This document shows positions 60,841-64,000 of a stretch of DNA of 64,000 nucleotides, one piece after another. Position 1 is the stretch's first letter. Every line of letters starts with the position of its first letter. The notes below the pieces were generated by a model. It searched no databases. It saw only the letters and a program-made list of their open reading frames with translations, and was not told the origin of the DNA. The stretch is taken from NCBI RefSeq assembly GCF_947568905.1, contig NC_079165.1:28830001-28894000 (forward strand), given 5' to 3'. Source of the DNA: Ostrea edulis (Eukaryota). The translations under genes and the position numbers were made by a program.

Positions 60841-62685
60841 AGATGACTGTAGAAACTGTACCTGCTTCTTAGCCTTGGGAGATTGGATGATTCATCCCTC
60901 AGAACTTTGAAGCAATGTTTATCGTAAACATTCGTCCACGAACCGTTAGCGAGCTCAACAACCCAAACCACATTTTAACAGGAAAAGCTGGTATACTGCC
61001 TATACCACCAGGTGAATTTGTAAAGAAAGACCTGTCTCTCAGAAAGCGCTGGAGACTGTACAGTATCTCCCAAGGCAGTTTTTGTTTAGATGAAAAAGGG
61101 AGTATTTAGCCCAGATATCACCTAGACTAAAATGACATTCACCACATAGAAACATTCGCGTCAATGACATTGTTCTTGTGTAGGACATTGATCTACCCCC
61201 AGTGTAGATAGCTCCTCGAAGGAGATGTAGTAGTTACCCCATATAACATTGTTGGTTATGTGCAGATAACCCACACTTTCAACAAAAGAAACACTCCAAA
61301 CTATGGTACAAGTAGAAGCAAAGAACGACGATGATGGACTTTGGCAATTAGTCGCAGTCAAGTTATCTAGTAGTGTAATTGAAAGAACCATTCACAAATT
61401 AGTGTTGTTTGTAGAAGTATATATGTTGCACAAGGTATGTCCAATATTCAATATTGCTTTATTGTACATCCTTTAATGAAAGTTGATATGTGTAAGTAAA
61501 CCTTATGTACACTTTCATTTTGTTTCTTCAAACCTTGTTTTATTTGTACCTTTAAATCACTTTGTGTCGATGAAGTTGCCAAAATTATTTTGTGTTATGA
61601 ATTTAAAAATTACAATTTCAAACATAATTGTCTTAATTGCGATATGAATGTAAAAATAAATATAAAATTATATTTTTCATTATGAAATTCGCGTACTGAT
61701 AACAATGTTTTGTCATGCGCACTACAGTGTTTGACCTTGTTTCCAGTTAGAAAACGTCATATAGCTCGCACAGAGTTTTCAGTAAACATGGAGTGATTGA
61801 TGATGTGAATTCACTATAGATCTTGCATACATTTAGAATAAGACTAAATGATATTTAGCTGACTAGCTCACTTCAATCTTTTCACAACTCATGACTGTCA
61901 CTGCATAATAAACTAGGCCCAATTAATTAAGTTGTATTCTAAAAGTATATTGATTGAATGAATTTATCAATTGTAAAAAAAAAAATATCTGAATATAAAT
62001 AACCTGTATTAGTTGCTATTCACCGTAATAAAACCAAAAAATGCATATATATGACGGAGCTTTTGAGATAATGTAAACAATACCGTTTTTACCTCCTGAA
62101 TCTGAAGATTTATCAAGGGAGGTAATTTTACAGTAAAATTGGCAATATATCGCGGGAATAAACTGTTGTTTTTTTTTAAATGTATAAACGTGTAACTTGC
62201 CAACGGATTTTTTCTTGATAATTGTAGAACAAATGCCATATTATATGTAAAAGAAGTCAGTACAACTTGACATGGTTGTAGAGTTTTTTTAAAAAGTCTA
62301 TGAAATTTACTGCTTTTTGAAAGCAAAATTAGCCCCAGAAAACCAGTTTAATTATCAAGGAGTGAAATGAATTTCAATTGTCAATGTTGATTAACATAAA
62401 TCAGTGTATGTTTGAATAAAAAAATCCAATCGAAAGTGTTCATGATAATCAGTAACAAATATGTGCTTGCATAGAGAGAAATTCTAGAGTTATACTTAGA
62501 TATATAACATGCTGTCTAAAAGGCACGTGGTTTCCATGGTAACAATGTGAAAAATGAATTTTTGGTTGATTTTTTATTAGACTATATATCATGAACATTT
62601 TGTATGAGTTTCATCAAAATCCATTTTTATGCCACTTTTCACAAAATGCTTGATGCTTACTGATTTTGACTCTTAATACATATAG

Positions 62686-63190
62686 ATGAAAGGTGAAGAT
62701 AACGAACAGTGATCAATCTCACAACTCCTGTAAGTTATACAAAATAGAGAGTTGGGCAAACACGGACCCCTGGATATACCACAGGTGGGATCAGGTGTCT
62801 AGGAGGAGTAAGCATCCCCTGTCCACCGGTCACACCGCCGTGATCCCTGTTTTATTGATCAGGTAAATGGAGTAATTTGTAGTCAAATCAATGTGCCAAG
62901 AACGGTCCAACAATCGGTATGAAACACTTCAGACAGCATTTGACCCAATGATACGTTGTATTGGCAAACTAGACCATAGATTTGCGAAATGCCGACTTTA
63001 AACGAGACTGGTGAAACCCATGTAACATCAACTTGTTTGTAGTAGCCTACTTTAAAACCTGGTTATACTTAGAACAAGTTCTTGCGTATCGAATGAGTTG
63101 AGAGATATAAACACCATATGCAGGTGATAATGGAATACTATAATAATCAACAGATTCGATACGCAAGAGCTTGTTCTGCGTATGATTCGT
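62686..63190 (-). mobile_element. 5'-truncated Naiad copy with a short inverted 5' segment (63147-63185)
   Basis: Minus-strand thumb and tail; adjacent + strand gattcgatacgcaagagcttgttctgcgtatg. Confidence 0.8.
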
Positions 63191-63669
63191 TATTTTCATC
63201 TTTCTCTTAGGCACCTGTTCCCATTTCAAATAAGCCTTTCGACATCTTTGTGTTTTAGGAAATCCCCAAATTTCGATGCCGTATGTCAAAGCACTGTTAC
63301 CATAAGAATCAAAAATCGCAAAAAGTGTTTGTATATTTTAATACAAAGTTTCCTTAACTTATTGAAACCAGATGGCGCTGTTCCAGATTTGATATGATAA
63401 ACTGTAAAAATGTCAATATATTTGCAAAAGGTCAACAACGTGTGTCACATTTGAAAAACACTATTTTCATAATGGAAATATCCTGTAAACAATTGGGTAC
63501 ATATAAATGACAAACAAAAACAATAAAACAGAACCAAAGCAAGCCGATTTATAACAACATCACGACATTGTTAACACCTTCAAATCCACCAGAATTAATT
63601 TAAATCCAAACGTTATATAAAGTTGTCAATTCCTTTGTAAAATGGTTGGGTAAGGGATTCATCGGTCAG

Positions 63670-63930
63670 CTGAGTGTCCGGGTAGCGTAGTGGTTAACGC
63701 ACTCGCTTCCCACCGCCGCGACTTTAGTTCGACCCCCGTGATCGGCAGTGGTTGTATATGAAAGACTATTGTGGTCGCCCGCTGGACACGGAAGTGATAT
63801 CCGGTTTCCTCTCACAAAATGACCCCCTATCGTTAACCATGCAAGTCTTTAAATAGCTAGTATATATGTATATGTAATGTAAATTGTTGTTTATATCTCC
63901 GACTTTAAAATAAAGATTATCTTTTTTCCC
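63670..63930 (+). mobile_element. tRNA-derived V-domain-type SINE, second copy
   Basis: gggtagcgtagtggttaacgcactcgcttcccaccgcc...ccggtttcctctcacaaaatgacccccta, similar to 54161-54400. Confidence 0.75.
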
Positions 63931-64000
63931 CACACAAATAATTAAATCAGCTGTTAGAACTATTACACAAATAACTAAACCAGGAATAAACAGCATGACG

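Larger units (their letters stand above)
59010..61405 (+). mobile_element. Decayed, internally deleted BEL/Pao LTR retrotransposon pol region
   Basis: Fragments SPTRRNILLVVASLFDPLGFLAPF, LHH.FSDAS..GYGQCSYIR, DSRVVLGYINNEAKR.HVFVA, ADHASR, RGAVSQ.RCDEGSNFVGA, PNHILTGK..RKRWR, ERTIHKLVL. Confidence 0.8.

Overview
AT-rich, intron-containing animal DNA. The repeat content (Meta/V-type tRNA-SINEs, Helentron-like elements, Naiad Penelope-like retroelements) points to a bivalve, probably an oyster; that assignment is inference. Four genes were spliced by hand. (1) The terminal exon of an unidentified + strand gene (451-1114). (2) A - strand gene of at least 14 exons encoding a long disordered N-terminus, one TM helix and an SPFH/band-7 domain with a Cys-rich insert (9463-23559, 5' end unresolved). 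(3) A 13-exon, 527-aa prolyl 4-hydroxylase alpha-like gene (32981-45806) with an intact reading frame but two of the three Fe(II) ligands replaced, so a probable pseudoenzyme. (4) An 8-coding-exon, 541-aa flavin-containing monooxygenase (53982-58128). Mobile DNA includes a near full-length decayed Naiad with a self-nested copy, many Naiad 3' fragments, a decayed BEL/Pao element, SINEs, MITEs and a putative TRIM with tRNA-like LTRs. The strongest unexplained pattern is that at least 8 splice junctions in three genes are themselves tandemly amplified (2 to ~55 copies of exon-end+GT or AG+exon-start). In one FMO case only the last two of eight acceptors keep the frame. There is an assembly gap at 50259-50389. 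No CRISPR array, rRNA or genuine tRNA was found. All coordinates are hand-derived and repeat boundaries are approximate.
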